A stretch of 64,000 bases of DNA, taken from Pseudohongiellaceae bacterium (GTDB lineage: Bacteria; Pseudomonadota; Gammaproteobacteria; Pseudomonadales; Pseudohongiellaceae). This document shows positions 31,091 to 41,581 of this stretch, in pieces. Where the stretch lies: contig JBBDLF010000038.1 of NCBI GenBank assembly GCA_040879025.1, positions 75,875 to 139,874 on the forward strand. The letters are read 5' to 3'. The notes beneath the pieces were generated by a model that saw only the letters and a program-made list of their open reading frames with translations, was not told the origin of the DNA and ran no database searches. Position numbers and translations under genes: made by a program. The stretch's first letter is position 1. The number at the start of each line of letters is the position of its first letter.

Positions 31091-33865
31091 ATGAAAGTGC
31101 TAAGCAAGATCTTCGGTAGCAGTAATAACAGGCAACTGAAACGCATCAACCGGATTGTCGTCAAAATCAATGCCCTGGAAGAAGCGCTGGCTTCCCTTAC
31201 AGACGAACAGCTTCGCACCCGATCCGATGAGTTGAGAACGCGGCATGGCAAAGGTGAGTCTCTGGACGCCCTGTTGCCCGAGGCATTTGCCCTGGTTCGG
31301 GAGGCTTGTCAACGTACGCTGAAAATGCGCCACTTCGATGTACAGATGATCGGTGGTGTCGTGTTGCATGAAGGCAATATAGCGGAAATGCGTACGGGCG
31401 AAGGCAAGACCCTGATGGCAACACTTCCCGTTTACCTCAATGCGCTGTCTGGAAAGGGCGTGCACATCGTCACAGTGAACGAATACCTGGCATACCGCGA
31501 CGCCAACTGGATGCGGCCTCTGTATGAATTTCTCGGTCTGACGGTCGGCGTGATCAAGTCGGGACAGGCCCTCGAGGATAAAAAGGCCGCCTATGCGGGC
31601 GACGTCACTTACGGGACCAACAACGAGTTCGGTTTTGACTACTTGCGGGACAATATGGCATTCCGCCTTCAGGACAAGATGCAGCGGGATCTCAATTTCG
31701 CGCTGGTCGATGAGGTGGACTCCATTTTGATCGACGAGGCGAGAACGCCGCTGATCATTTCCGGTGCCGCCGAAGACAGCTCGGAAATGTACATTGCCAT
31801 CAACAAGCTGATTGGCAGTCTCGTAAAAGGTGAAGCGAAGAAAGAGGACCGCACCGCCAAAATGCTCGACAAGAATTACGTGCCTGAGGAGAGCGGGCAC
31901 TTCACTATTGATGAAAAATCCCGCCAGGTTGAACTCACGGAGGAAGGGCACGCACACGTAGAAGAGCTGTTAGCGAAAAACAAGCTGCTTAAGGAGGGGG
32001 AAAGTCTCTACGCAGCGACGAATCTGGGCCTGCTGCATCACGTTCATTCCGCGTTGAAAGCGCATTACCTGTTTCATCGCGATGTTGAATATATCATCAA
32101 GGAAAACCGTGTTGTGCTGATCGATGAGCACACAGGCCGGACCATGGAAGGCCGACGATTGTCCGAAGGCCTGCACCAGGCAATTGAAGCGAAGGAGGGG
32201 TTGCAGATACAGAGTGAGAGCCAGACCCTGGCGTCAACTACGTTCCAGAATTATTTCCGCCTGTACAACAAGCTGGCGGGTATGACCGGCACCGCGGATA
32301 CCGAGGCGTTTGAGTTCAACCAGATTTATGGACTGGAAGTGGTGGTGATCCCCACCAACAAGCCCATGATAAGAGTGGACGCCAATGACCTGGTGTACCT
32401 GAGCACGGAAGAAAAATTTCATGCGATTGTCGCCGATATCAAAGAGTTCAGCAGCAAGGGAGCTCCTGTTCTGGTGGGTACGGCGTCAATCGACAATTCA
32501 GAGATGCTGTCGGACTTTCTGAAGAAGGAGAAAATTCCCCATGAAGTTCTCAATGCCAAGTTCCATGAAAAAGAGGCTGAGATCATCGCTCAGGCGGGCA
32601 GTCCAGGGGTAGTAACCATCGCGACAAACATGGCCGGACGCGGTACGGACATTGTACTCGGCGGCAATTGGGAAGCGGAGCTGGCAAAACTCGACAACCC
32701 GTCCGCGGAGCAGCTTGATGAGCTGCGAACCGAATGGCAGAAGCGCCACGATCAGGTGATCGAGGCGGGCGGACTGCACATTGTCGGGACTGAAAGACAC
32801 GAATCACGACGCATCGATAACCAGTTGCGCGGCAGGGCAGGTCGGCAGGGTGATCCGGGTTTTACCCGCTTCTATCTTTCCCTTGACGATAATCTTTGGC
32901 GAATATTCGCCCCGGAAGGCGTCAAGAATTTCATGCGGCGACTGGGTATGGAGAAAGGAGAAGCCATAGAACATGGGATGGTTACGCGTCAAATCGAAAA
33001 AGCGCAGCGCAAGGTTGAGAGTCGAAACTTCGATACCAGGAAGCAGCTATTGGAGTTTGACAACGTCGCGAACGATCAACGGACCATAGTATACAGTCAG
33101 CGCAACGAACTGATGGCCGGCGATGACGTGTCACAACTGGTGACGGATATGCGCCGGGAAGTGGTTGACGGTTTGGTGGATGTTCACATCCCGCCCCAGA
33201 GTATGGCCGAGCAGTGGGATATCGCCGGACTCGAGAGCGCGATTGAATCGGAATTCGACACCGCGGTGCCGGTGCAGCAATGGCTGGATGAGGACGATAC
33301 CTTGTTTGAGGAAGCACTGAAAAGTCGTATCCTCACGCAACTCGAAGCCGAATATGACAGAAAAGCCGAGGCTGTCGGCGCCAAGATGAGAATTTTTGAA
33401 AAGCAGATCGTATTGCAGATTCTGGATAACTTGTGGAAGGAACACCTGGCGACGATGGACCACTTGCGTCAAAGTATTTTTCTGCGCAGTTACGGCGGCA
33501 AGAAACCGATTCAGGAATACAAGCGCGAGGCGTTTACGTTATTCCAGGATCTGCTTGCCAATCTGCAGCAGGAAGTGGTGAAGGTGCTAAGTCACGTCAA
33601 GGTACGCCAGGAAGACGATGTACAGGCAATCGAGAAGCAACGGGAAGAAGAGCGCAAACGGGAGCGGATGAGTTACCAGCATGCTCTGGCTTCCGCCATG
33701 ACCCAGGGAGGCCCGCCGAAGACCGGTGGACCGGACGGTCAGGGTCGGCCGGCGGAGGCTCCGGCGCCGTTTGTCAGAGAAGAGCGGAAGGTGGGTCGCA
33801 ATGAACCGTGTCCTTGCGGTTCCGGTAAAAAGTACAAGCTTTGTCACGGCAGGCTTGACTCATGA
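31091..33865 (+). CDS. secA: Preprotein translocase ATPase SecA
   Basis: MRTGEGKTL Walker [30 protein letters not shown] and the C-terminal zinc motif [14 protein letters not shown]. Confidence 0.97.
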   Translation: MKVLSKIFGSSNNRQLKRINRIVVKINALEEALASLTDEQLRTRSDELRTRHGKGESLDALLPEAFALVREACQRTLKMRHFDVQMIGGVVLHEGNIAEMRTGEGKTLMATLPVYLNALSGKGVHIVTVNEYLAYRDANWMRPLYEFLGLTVGVIKSGQALEDKKAAYAGDVTYGTNNEFGFDYLRDNMAFRLQDKMQRDLNFALVDEVDSILIDEARTPLIISGAAEDSSEMYIAINKLIGSLVKGEAKKEDRTAKMLDKNYVPEESGHFTIDEKSRQVELTEEGHAHVEELLAKNKLLKEGESLYAATNLGLLHHVHSALKAHYLFHRDVEYIIKENRVVLIDEHTGRTMEGRRLSEGLHQAIEAKEGLQIQSESQTLASTTFQNYFRLYNKLAGMTGTADTEAFEFNQIYGLEVVVIPTNKPMIRVDANDLVYLSTEEKFHAIVADIKEFSSKGAPVLVGTASIDNSEMLSDFLKKEKIPHEVLNAKFHEKEAEIIAQAGSPGVVTIATNMAGRGTDIVLGGNWEAELAKLDNPSAEQLDELRTEWQKRHDQVIEAGGLHIVGTERHESRRIDNQLRGRAGRQGDPGFTRFYLSLDDNLWRIFAPEGVKNFMRRLGMEKGEAIEHGMVTRQIEKAQRKVESRNFDTRKQLLEFDNVANDQRTIVYSQRNELMAGDDVSQLVTDMRREVVDGLVDVHIPPQSMAEQWDIAGLESAIESEFDTAVPVQQWLDEDDTLFEEALKSRILTQLEAEYDRKAEAVGAKMRIFEKQIVLQILDNLWKEHLATMDHLRQSIFLRSYGGKKPIQEYKREAFTLFQDLLANLQQEVVKVLSHVKVRQEDDVQAIEKQREEERKRERMSYQHALASAMTQGGPPKTGGPDGQGRPAEAPAPFVREERKVGRNEPCPCGSGKKYKLCHGRLDS

Positions 33866-33894
33866 ACTGTTCCTGACCATGAACTGTCCCTGAC
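33861..33894. repeat. 17-bp tandem direct repeat spanning the secA stop codon
   Basis: CATGAACTGTTCCTGAC (33861-33877) and CATGAACTGTCCCTGAC (33878-33894), with one mismatch. Confidence 0.9.
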
Positions 33895-33915
33895 AAAGTC
33901 AACAGGAGTTCCGCC

Positions 33916-35112
33916 TTGGTAAATTTACCACCGCTGGCAGGCGTCAGGCTTGCCGCGGTTAAAAGTCATATCCGTTACCCCGACCGCCTTGATCTGGTGC
34001 TGATCGAACTGAGCAGCGGCGCGGAGGTGGCCGGGGTGTTCACCGGGAACGCGTTCAGTGCCGCTCCTGTCAAACTGGCGAAACACCATTTGTTGGAAGG
34101 CGACATCCGCTACTTCCTGATCAATACCGGAAATGCCAATGCCGGCACCGGCGAGGCGGGTTACCTTGACGCCCGGCGATGCTGTCGCGCGGTTGCCGAA
34201 TTGGCCGGAGTGCGTATCGAGCAGATACTGCCGTTTTCCACCGGGGTGATCGGTGAAGCGCTGCCGGTGGAGAGAATCGAGGCGGGCATTCCAGGCGTCT
34301 ATGGCGCGCTTGGCGAGGCAAACTGGCTGCTTGCGGCACAGGGCATCATGACAACGGACACCAGGCCTAAAACAGCCAGTGTGGCGCTGGACTGTGGAGG
34401 CAAGGCGCTGACCGTGAATGGCATTGCCAAGGGCGCCGGCATGATCAAACCCAATATGGCCACCATGCTGGCATTTGTTTTTACCGATGCATCGGTTCCA
34501 CAGGAAACCCTGAAAACAATGCTGTCAGGCATGGTTGAACGGTCATTTAATCGTATTACAGTCGATGGAGACACATCGACAAATGACGCCTGTATGTTGG
34601 TGGCCACCGGTGAGGGTGAAGTGGACATTGCCAAGGCAGGCGATGAGGAAAGACAACTGTTTGAGCAGGCATTGCAAGACGTGTTCCGGACCCTGGCAAC
34701 GGAAATAATTCGTGATGCGGAAGGTGGCAGCAAATTTGTCACAATCGGCATCGAGGGTGGCCGGTCCTCGGCGGAATGTCTGCAGGTGGCGTACGCGATT
34801 GCTGAATCGCCGCTGGTGAAAACCGCCCTGTTTGCCAGTGATCCCAATTGGGGCCGTATACTGGCGGCCATCGGGCGCGCCGGTGTAACCGGCCTGGAGG
34901 TGGAACGGGTTATGGTGAGACTGGGCGACGTCTGTCTGGTTAAAAACGGAACGCTGGCTGATGACTACACCGAAAGGCGGGGCAAGGCGGAAATGCAGAA
35001 AAGCGACATTGAAATCAACGTCGACCTCGGCCGTGGCAGCCATCGGGAAACCGTATGGACATCGGACCTTTCGCTCGACTATGTGCGCATCAATGCCGAA
35101 TACCGCAGCTGA
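33916..35112 (+). CDS. argJ: Bifunctional ornithine acetyltransferase / N-acetylglutamate synthase
   Basis: The TTG start lies 7 nt after GGAG. AKGAGMIKPNMATMLAFVFTD (autocleavage-site region), TVDGDTSTND and C-terminal INAEYRS are present. Confidence 0.9.
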   Translation: MVNLPPLAGVRLAAVKSHIRYPDRLDLVLIELSSGAEVAGVFTGNAFSAAPVKLAKHHLLEGDIRYFLINTGNANAGTGEAGYLDARRCCRAVAELAGVRIEQILPFSTGVIGEALPVERIEAGIPGVYGALGEANWLLAAQGIMTTDTRPKTASVALDCGGKALTVNGIAKGAGMIKPNMATMLAFVFTDASVPQETLKTMLSGMVERSFNRITVDGDTSTNDACMLVATGEGEVDIAKAGDEERQLFEQALQDVFRTLATEIIRDAEGGSKFVTIGIEGGRSSAECLQVAYAIAESPLVKTALFASDPNWGRILAAIGRAGVTGLEVERVMVRLGDVCLVKNGTLADDYTERRGKAEMQKSDIEINVDLGRGSHRETVWTSDLSLDYVRINAEYRS

Positions 35113-35122
35113 TTTCCCGGGC

Positions 35123-36052
35123 ATGGTGCACGTTGCCGTCGGTGTCATCTACAACGGTGAGCGGCAGGTGCTTGTGGCGCGGCGACATCGAACCGTTCAT
35201 CAGGGCAACCTGTGGGAATTCCCGGGGGGCAAAGTAGAAGACGGCGAGTCCGTTGTGGAGGCGTTGCGCAGGGAACTGCGCGAAGAACTCGGTATTGATG
35301 TGGTCGCTTACTGTCCCCTGAAAAAAATCGCGTTTCAGTATCCGGACAAAGCGGTTCTTCTCGACGTATACACAGTGATGTCGTATACGGGAACGCCTGT
35401 CGGACGGGAAGGTCAGCCCCTGGCGTGGCGGCAGCCCGGCGAACTGGCGGAGCAGGATTTTCCTCCTGCCAATCAGCCGATCATCAAACTGCTGCAGTTG
35501 CCCGAACTGATCGCCGTGACCGGCCAAGCGGATGACTGGCAGCACTTTGAACGCAAACTCCTGGTGCTGCTTGGGAAAGGATGCCGACTGATCCAGTTAC
35601 GGCAGCCGCAGTTGCCGGCTCACCAACTGGTGGAATGGTCTGTTGCGGCGGCGAATTACTGTACCCGCCACCATTGCCGCTTGCTGTTCAATGGCGATGT
35701 CGCCGGGTTTCAGCGAAGCGGCGCCCATGGTCTTCATCTGAATTCTGTCAGGCTGCTGGCGACAGAGTCGCGGCCGGTGACGACTCAATATCTGTTCAGC
35801 GCTTCATGCCATAACCTGGAACAACTCCGTCATGCCGAATTTCTCGGCGCCGACTTCGTGTTTCTGTCTCCAGTCAATGCCACGGCTACACACCCCGAGT
35901 CCAAGCCGCTTGGCTGGGAAAATTTTGCCTCCCTTGCGGCGTCCGTCAGCCTGCCTGTCTTTGCCTTGGGCGGCCTGGTCCCGCGGAATCTCGAAGATGT
36001 TTACCAGGCGGGCGGACAAGGTCTCGCTTCTGTCTCCGCGTTCTGGCAATAA
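35123..36052 (+). CDS. mutT: Nudix 8-oxo-dGTP diphosphatase (MutT) fused to a TenI/ThiE-like domain
   Basis: The ATG at 35123 gives MVHVAVGVIYN.... Nudix box GGKVEDGESVVEALRRELREELGI is present. The C-terminal ~190 aa has a thiamine-phosphate-synthase/TenI-like pattern (SCHNLEQLRHAEFLGADFVFLSPV...PVFALGGL). Confidence 0.8.
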   Translation: MVHVAVGVIYNGERQVLVARRHRTVHQGNLWEFPGGKVEDGESVVEALRRELREELGIDVVAYCPLKKIAFQYPDKAVLLDVYTVMSYTGTPVGREGQPLAWRQPGELAEQDFPPANQPIIKLLQLPELIAVTGQADDWQHFERKLLVLLGKGCRLIQLRQPQLPAHQLVEWSVAAANYCTRHHCRLLFNGDVAGFQRSGAHGLHLNSVRLLATESRPVTTQYLFSASCHNLEQLRHAEFLGADFVFLSPVNATATHPESKPLGWENFASLAASVSLPVFALGGLVPRNLEDVYQAGGQGLASVSAFWQ

Positions 36053-36435
36053 CGCAGGCATTTCCCTTTTTTACCTAAAAACTAGTCAGATAGGCCGATT
36101 TTGTGGAAAATAATTGCAATAATAATCACAAGTACATGAAAAATATATGATTAGTGATGAATATTACTGCCATTGTGTCACTATCTGACATAAAGTATTT
36201 GTGATGCAGGCAGATACAGCGAAGTGGACCCTGAAAAAAGGTTGTGAACCAGTTCACTGTGGAATCAGGGGCAGGTATCAACTGCGTAGAAACACCGGGA
36301 TAATTTGCACACAGGGACCGGCTGGTCCATAACTGATAGAACATTGCCACAATCCCGATTGCGTCGCGGGCTTGGGTGCGGAATGGTTTGTTGTAGCAGG
36401 TGTCACCGGAACCGGTGGCGCGCAGGCAGGTAATT

Positions 36436-38481
36436 ATGAAAATCAGAATTCGGGTTCTACTGGCGTTACTGGGGTGCTGGCCGCTGTTCGTGACGGCGGA
36501 TCAGGCGATACTGGTGGACGAGGCGGTGCTGGTTGCCACCAAGGCTGGACAGCAGGATCCCCAGGACGAAAACGGCGAATCCACGAGTGCACCACCACTG
36601 GGTGACGCCGTCGATGCGTCCTACGTGACAAGCGGCGGGTGGGCCGTTACCAGTCCGGAATATGTCGATGCGGCATCGATGCTGTTCGACTTCGGGGCGA
36701 CCGCTTCGGTCGCGGTGGCGACATTGACCCTGCCAATTGAAGCTGTCTTTCCACAGAACGGTGCGGCTCCGGTGGAACTGTATTCTTTTGCCGATGACGG
36801 CGAGCTGACGCGATTCGACTTTTCCACCGGGATTGGCGCGCCCATTGCCGAAGTGGACGCGCTGGCGCTGGGTCAGATCGTGGTGGACGTAACCGGTCCG
36901 GTGAACGCGGCCTTGAAATCCAGTCAGTATGTAGGATTTCGGGTGAAAAGCGCGGTAGCCGCCGAAGCTGTACAGGCATCTCTGCCCGTGTACACAGGCG
37001 TCAAATTCAATCCTGCCTATCATCTGGAATTTACACCGGGAGCCGCGCCGGCTCCCGGTGATGCAAGTTCGTTGTTCGACGGCTTCACGCTGGTCACGCC
37101 GAACGTGGAAATACAGGACATCGGCACCGTTCTCGCCAAAATGGAACTGATCGATCCCAATAAGGGGCTGTTCCGGCTAACCCAGGCGACGATCACCGCC
37201 GCGCCCGAACCGGTCAGCGGACCTGCGTTGTCCGGCCTGGCATTGATGGATTGCAATGCGTTCGAAGCTCCCGGCGGCGTGGTGGAGGGAAGTACAGGAA
37301 TTCCCACCTTCTCTTTCGCATCGGAGATTCTGGATATTCCGGAAACCACATTTCTGGGCAGCAAGTATTCAGCCAAACTGCGCCTGCTCGACGAAGCCCA
37401 TGGCATTTTTCAACTGTTGACTCTGGAGCCCTTTGAGTCTGGACCGACGAGCGCTGCCGGATCCATTATCGGTGGTGGCCTGACCATGGAACCGACCCAG
37501 GACTTCATTCCGCTGTGTCACGGCTGGGTGTTGATAGGAGACACGCTGAGAAACCGGGTGGTTGAGCGAAATGTAATCTCAGGAGAGACCGGGGCGACCT
37601 ACGCCTTCAACGCCAGTCCCGAGCAGTTCACTCTGGATGCCGCCAACGGTCTGGCGTATATGACCGTTCATCCCAATTCACAGCGCCTGTACAAGCTGAA
37701 CCTGGCTAACGGAGACATTACCTGGAACTCCATCCGTCAGACCCTGGGATCACGGGATTATTCCTGGCAGGCGCGAGACATCGCGCTGGGCGAAAACGGC
37801 AACCTGTTTCTGCTGCTGTACGACCAGGTCTTGCTTGATCCCCAGGACGAGGTTACTCCTTTCACGGATACGGGGCTGTGGGTAGGTTATTTCGACGGTA
37901 ACGCCAATCCATTGCTGGACACGATCCCATTGGAAGAACCGGTGCGGGTGGAATATGACCCGGTGCAGCAACATATGTTCCTGGCGACGGAATCCAACCT
38001 GGCGACCTTTGATTTTGATCCGGCTACCACAAGCCTCGACTTCGTTGAAGGCACGGACGTGCCCGTGGGCAGTTCGTGTACTGATTTCAGCATCTCACCT
38101 GACGGAAGCAGACTGGCCTATTCGTGTCCCCAGGGAAACCAGGAGCAAGAAGATTTCAGTATTGTTGACATGGCCCCCGATGACTACTTCAACATTGACG
38201 GTGAGTGGTACCTGGGCAGTTCACCCGTCAGTGCGACATTCAACAATGCGGGTGACCTGCTGCTTGCGGTCGACAACGAAAAGCTGTTTGTGTTTGATGT
38301 GGTAACCCATCTGTTGATTCAGGATTACGAACTGGGGCTGGGCGAGGATGAGGTGATATCGAAGGTCAGGATTTCCCGCGATGGAGAGTTTGCCTTGATT
38401 CTTGTTCACAACGAGGTCCACACTGACTTCAGCCGCATGTACTGGGTGCCAATGCCGGATTACAGTGGTACGCCCCTGTAA
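36436..38481 (+). CDS. Hypothetical secreted protein with C-terminal beta-propeller-like repeats
   Basis: The ATG at 36436 gives signal peptide MKIRIRVLLALLGCWPLFVTA-DQ. The C-terminal half has propeller-type strings (FSISPDGSRLAYSCP, ISRDGEFALIL, LAYMTVHPNSQRLYKLN). I recognise no family for the N-terminal half. Confidence 0.7.
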   Translation: MKIRIRVLLALLGCWPLFVTADQAILVDEAVLVATKAGQQDPQDENGESTSAPPLGDAVDASYVTSGGWAVTSPEYVDAASMLFDFGATASVAVATLTLPIEAVFPQNGAAPVELYSFADDGELTRFDFSTGIGAPIAEVDALALGQIVVDVTGPVNAALKSSQYVGFRVKSAVAAEAVQASLPVYTGVKFNPAYHLEFTPGAAPAPGDASSLFDGFTLVTPNVEIQDIGTVLAKMELIDPNKGLFRLTQATITAAPEPVSGPALSGLALMDCNAFEAPGGVVEGSTGIPTFSFASEILDIPETTFLGSKYSAKLRLLDEAHGIFQLLTLEPFESGPTSAAGSIIGGGLTMEPTQDFIPLCHGWVLIGDTLRNRVVERNVISGETGATYAFNASPEQFTLDAANGLAYMTVHPNSQRLYKLNLANGDITWNSIRQTLGSRDYSWQARDIALGENGNLFLLLYDQVLLDPQDEVTPFTDTGLWVGYFDGNANPLLDTIPLEEPVRVEYDPVQQHMFLATESNLATFDFDPATTSLDFVEGTDVPVGSSCTDFSISPDGSRLAYSCPQGNQEQEDFSIVDMAPDDYFNIDGEWYLGSSPVSATFNNAGDLLLAVDNEKLFVFDVVTHLLIQDYELGLGEDEVISKVRISRDGEFALILVHNEVHTDFSRMYWVPMPDYSGTPL

Positions 38482-38525
38482 TTCCAGCGCGTGGAACGAA
38501 TTCCTTCCATACCCCGCAGGCTCCC

Positions 38526-38726
38526 CTAATATTCATCACCGTGATTGTCTTCATCGTTCCCGGGGGGTAGTGGCTCTCCGGGAATAGCGTGTTTTTCCGC
38601 GGCCCAGGCCCCAAGATCAATCAGCTTGCAGCGCTCACAGCAGAAAGGCCGATACTGATTGGCATGGTTCCAGGTCACTATTTTGCCGCAGCTAGGACAG
38701 TTAACTTTTCTTTCCGGAGTTCGCAT
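38526..38726 (-). CDS. yacG: DNA gyrase inhibitor YacG (zinc finger)
   Basis: CPSCGK...[19 protein letters not shown], the classic YacG Cys4 motif. Confidence 0.85.
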   Translation of the reverse strand: MRTPERKVNCPSCGKIVTWNHANQYRPFCCERCKLIDLGAWAAEKHAIPGEPLPPGNDEDNHGDEY

Positions 38727-39324
38727 CGCGTGAATCGGCCAGTTCGCTGAATTTGTCGTGCAATGATCTCACTTGCGCCGCCAACTGTTCAACCGTGCCC
38801 TCGTTATGAATGACGTCATCGGCCTGTGCCAGTCTGGATTCCCGGTCCAACTGGGCAGCCATAATGGCCCGCACCGTGTCGTCGCTGCTTTCATCCCGCT
38901 GTGCAGTACGCGACAACTGCAGGTGTTCCGGCAGATCCACCACCACGATCCGGTCCACCAGTTGCCTTTGGGAGGATTCGAGCAGCAACGGGGACACCAG
39001 AAGGCAGTAAGGTTTCTTGCACTGATTAATCCGATTGCGAATCGCATCGCCAATCAACGGATGCAGCAGGTCCTCCAGCCAGCGTCTGGCTTCCTGGTCG
39101 TGGAACACGACCTCACGCAGGGCCCTGCGTCGAAGCCTGCTGTTGGCATCGAGAATTTGATCGCCAAAGCGATCGGCGATGCTGGCCAGTGCCGGCTGTC
39201 CCGGCTCAACCACCTGACGCGAGATGACATCGGCATCGATGATTTCCACACCGAGGTTGGCGAACAGATCGCTGACGGTGCTTTTTCCGCTGCCAATGCC
39301 GCCGGTTAATCCGATTGTTGTCAT
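38701..39324 (-). CDS. coaE: Dephospho-CoA kinase
   Basis: [14 protein letters not shown]-loop. It sits downstream of pilD as in Pseudomonas and overlaps yacG by 26 nt. Confidence 0.9.
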   Translation of the reverse strand: MTTIGLTGGIGSGKSTVSDLFANLGVEIIDADVISRQVVEPGQPALASIADRFGDQILDANSRLRRRALREVVFHDQEARRWLEDLLHPLIGDAIRNRINQCKKPYCLLVSPLLLESSQRQLVDRIVVVDLPEHLQLSRTAQRDESSDDTVRAIMAAQLDRESRLAQADDVIHNEGTVEQLAAQVRSLHDKFSELADSRDANSGKKS

Positions 39325-39361
39325 AGAATCAGGAATGCCTGGAGGAGTCAGTCTGCGTTAC

Positions 39362-40258
39362 TCAGATGACAAAATTGCTCAGGTAGAAATCCGACAGCCA
39401 AGGTCCCCAGATCAGCATGATAAATCCGGCACCTGCGAGATAGGGGCCGAAGGGAATCGGCACATGGCGGTCGCGTTTCAAAACAACGATCATGCCGATG
39501 CCGATAACCGCACCGACCAGCGAGGAGAGAATAACTATGGGCAGCAGGCTCTGCCAGCCCATCCATGCTCCCAGAGCGGCCAGCAGTTTGAAATCCCCAT
39601 AACCCATACCTTCCTTGCCGGTTATCAGTTTGAAGGTCCAATAGAACAGCCACAGGGAGACATAGCCACCCATGGCACCGATGACCGCGTCTTGCAGCGT
39701 CACCAGCCCAAGATCGGAGGAGTTGACCAGCAGGCCCAGCCACAACAGGGGCAGGGTGATGTTATCCGGCAATAATTGGTGATCGACATCGATTATCGTG
39801 AGAGCGATCAGACTCCAGGTGAAAACCAGCAGCGCCAGGCACACCCAGGTGAACCCGAAATAGGAGGCCACCAGCGCGGATAAAAGCCCCGTGACAAGCT
39901 CGATAGCAGGATAGCGCATGGAAATCGCCGCCGTGCATCGAGAGCATTTTCCTCGCAGGATCAGGTAACTGATGACAGGGATATTCTCCCAGGCGCGTAT
40001 CCGGTGACTGCAATGCGGGCAGTGCGATGCCGGCTTCACGAGGTTGAAGGACTCGAATCCAGCAGCGGCTGGACTCTCTTCCGGCAGGGACGATTCGATT
40101 TCCAGAAATTCACAGCATTGCGACTTCCATTCCCGCTGCAGCATGATCGGTAGCCGATGAATGACTACATTGAGAAAACTGCCCACAAGCAACCCGACCA
40201 CGAGCGTGATGGTGACCAGAGCGATCGGGTTGTTGGACAGGATTTCGAGGATTGTCAT
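39362..40258 (-). CDS. pilD: Prepilin leader peptidase / N-methyltransferase
   Basis: Polytopic protein with Cys pairs CPHCSH...CSRC, and GMGYGDFKLLAALGAW containing a catalytic Asp. Confidence 0.9.
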   Translation of the reverse strand: MTILEILSNNPIALVTITLVVGLLVGSFLNVVIHRLPIMLQREWKSQCCEFLEIESSLPEESPAAAGFESFNLVKPASHCPHCSHRIRAWENIPVISYLILRGKCSRCTAAISMRYPAIELVTGLLSALVASYFGFTWVCLALLVFTWSLIALTIIDVDHQLLPDNITLPLLWLGLLVNSSDLGLVTLQDAVIGAMGGYVSLWLFYWTFKLITGKEGMGYGDFKLLAALGAWMGWQSLLPIVILSSLVGAVIGIGMIVVLKRDRHVPIPFGPYLAGAGFIMLIWGPWLSDFYLSNFVI

Positions 40259-40268
40259 GCCTTGAGGC

Positions 40269-41486
40269 TTAGACCACTTGGCCGATCTGGAATATGGGCA
40301 GATACATGGCTATCATCAGGCCGCCTATCAGTGTGCCGAGCACAGCCATAATAATGGGCTCCATTAACGCGGTAAGCCCGTCAACGGCATTGTCCACTTC
40401 GGCCTCATAATACGTGGCGCACTTGTCGAGCATGCCATCCAGAGCACCGGACTCTTCGCCGATGCCGACCATCTGCACAATCATTATCGGAAACAGGCCT
40501 GTGCTGCGAATGGAGAAGTTCAACTGCTGACCGGTAGTCACATCGTCGCGGATTTTTTTTGTTGCTCTGGAATACACAATGTTGCCGGTGGCTCCCGCCA
40601 CAGAGTCAAGCGCATCGACCAGCGGGACACCGGCGGCGAATGTGGTTGAGAGTGTGCGGGTAAAACGCGCAAAGCAGGAATTGAGGAGAATGTTGCCGAT
40701 AATCGGCAGTTTCAGGGAGATTTTGTCCACTGAGTTCGCGAAGGCTTTCGAGCGCAATTTGGCTTCCTTGAAGGCAAAACCCGCGGCGACGATAACGATA
40801 ATTGCCTTCCACCAGTGGTCGATCGCCAAATCAGACAAACCAAGAACAAAGAGCGTAAACGCCGGGAGTTCCGCACCGAAACTGGAAAACGTTTCAGCAA
40901 ATTGCGGAACCACTTTCACCAGCAGGATACCGGTTACGACGAGCGCGACTACGACCACGGCAATAGGATAGTTCATTGCCTTTTTGATTTTTGACTTGAG
41001 TGCTTCTGATTTTTCCTTGTAAACGGCTAGTCGTTCGAGCATTGTTTCAAGTGCGCCGGACTGTTCGCCGGCGTCGACCAGATTACAGAACAGATCGTCA
41101 AAATAACGGGGGTGCTTTCGAATACAGTCGGCAAAATTATTACCGGCTGCCACGTCGTCCCTGATCAGGGATACCAGGTTACGCATGGAGGCGTTTTCCA
41201 GACTGCCTCCCACAATCTCGAAAGACTGCACAAGCGGGATGCCCGCTTTCATCATGGTCGCCAGTTGACGGGTGAATACCGCAATATCGCCCGGGGTGAT
41301 TTTCTGCTTTTTCGGACCAAAGAGATCCTTGGGCTTGCGCTTGACCCGGGTCGGGTTTACGCCCTGTTTGCGCAGTTGCGCCTTGACCAGGGCCTGACTG
41401 ACGCCGGGAAGTTCGCCCTTGGTCTTCTGGCCGTTTTTATCGGTACCATGCCAGACGTAGATCTGGGCGGCTTCTGTTGATGCCAT
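40269..41486 (-). CDS. pilC: Type IV pilus inner-membrane platform protein
   Basis: 405 aa with a duplicated GspF-type domain (FTRQLATMMKAGIPL, FTRTLSTTFAAGVPL). Confidence 0.9.
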   Translation of the reverse strand: MASTEAAQIYVWHGTDKNGQKTKGELPGVSQALVKAQLRKQGVNPTRVKRKPKDLFGPKKQKITPGDIAVFTRQLATMMKAGIPLVQSFEIVGGSLENASMRNLVSLIRDDVAAGNNFADCIRKHPRYFDDLFCNLVDAGEQSGALETMLERLAVYKEKSEALKSKIKKAMNYPIAVVVVALVVTGILLVKVVPQFAETFSSFGAELPAFTLFVLGLSDLAIDHWWKAIIVIVAAGFAFKEAKLRSKAFANSVDKISLKLPIIGNILLNSCFARFTRTLSTTFAAGVPLVDALDSVAGATGNIVYSRATKKIRDDVTTGQQLNFSIRSTGLFPIMIVQMVGIGEESGALDGMLDKCATYYEAEVDNAVDGLTALMEPIIMAVLGTLIGGLMIAMYLPIFQIGQVV

Positions 41487-41581
41487 TTAACACCTCGAGC
41501 GTGACGCTGTCTGCTTGATAGGTCTGTCCCGGTAGTCCGGATTCAGGTTACCTGTTCCCGTAAACGTGTTCGGTGCCCCGC

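Noticed and set aside
36126-36350. 74-aa minus-strand ORF in the AT-rich spacer upstream of the orphan secreted protein.
   Set aside because: It runs through the AT-rich, promoter-like region, lacks an RBS, and has an implausible sequence (Phe/Ile/Cys-rich).
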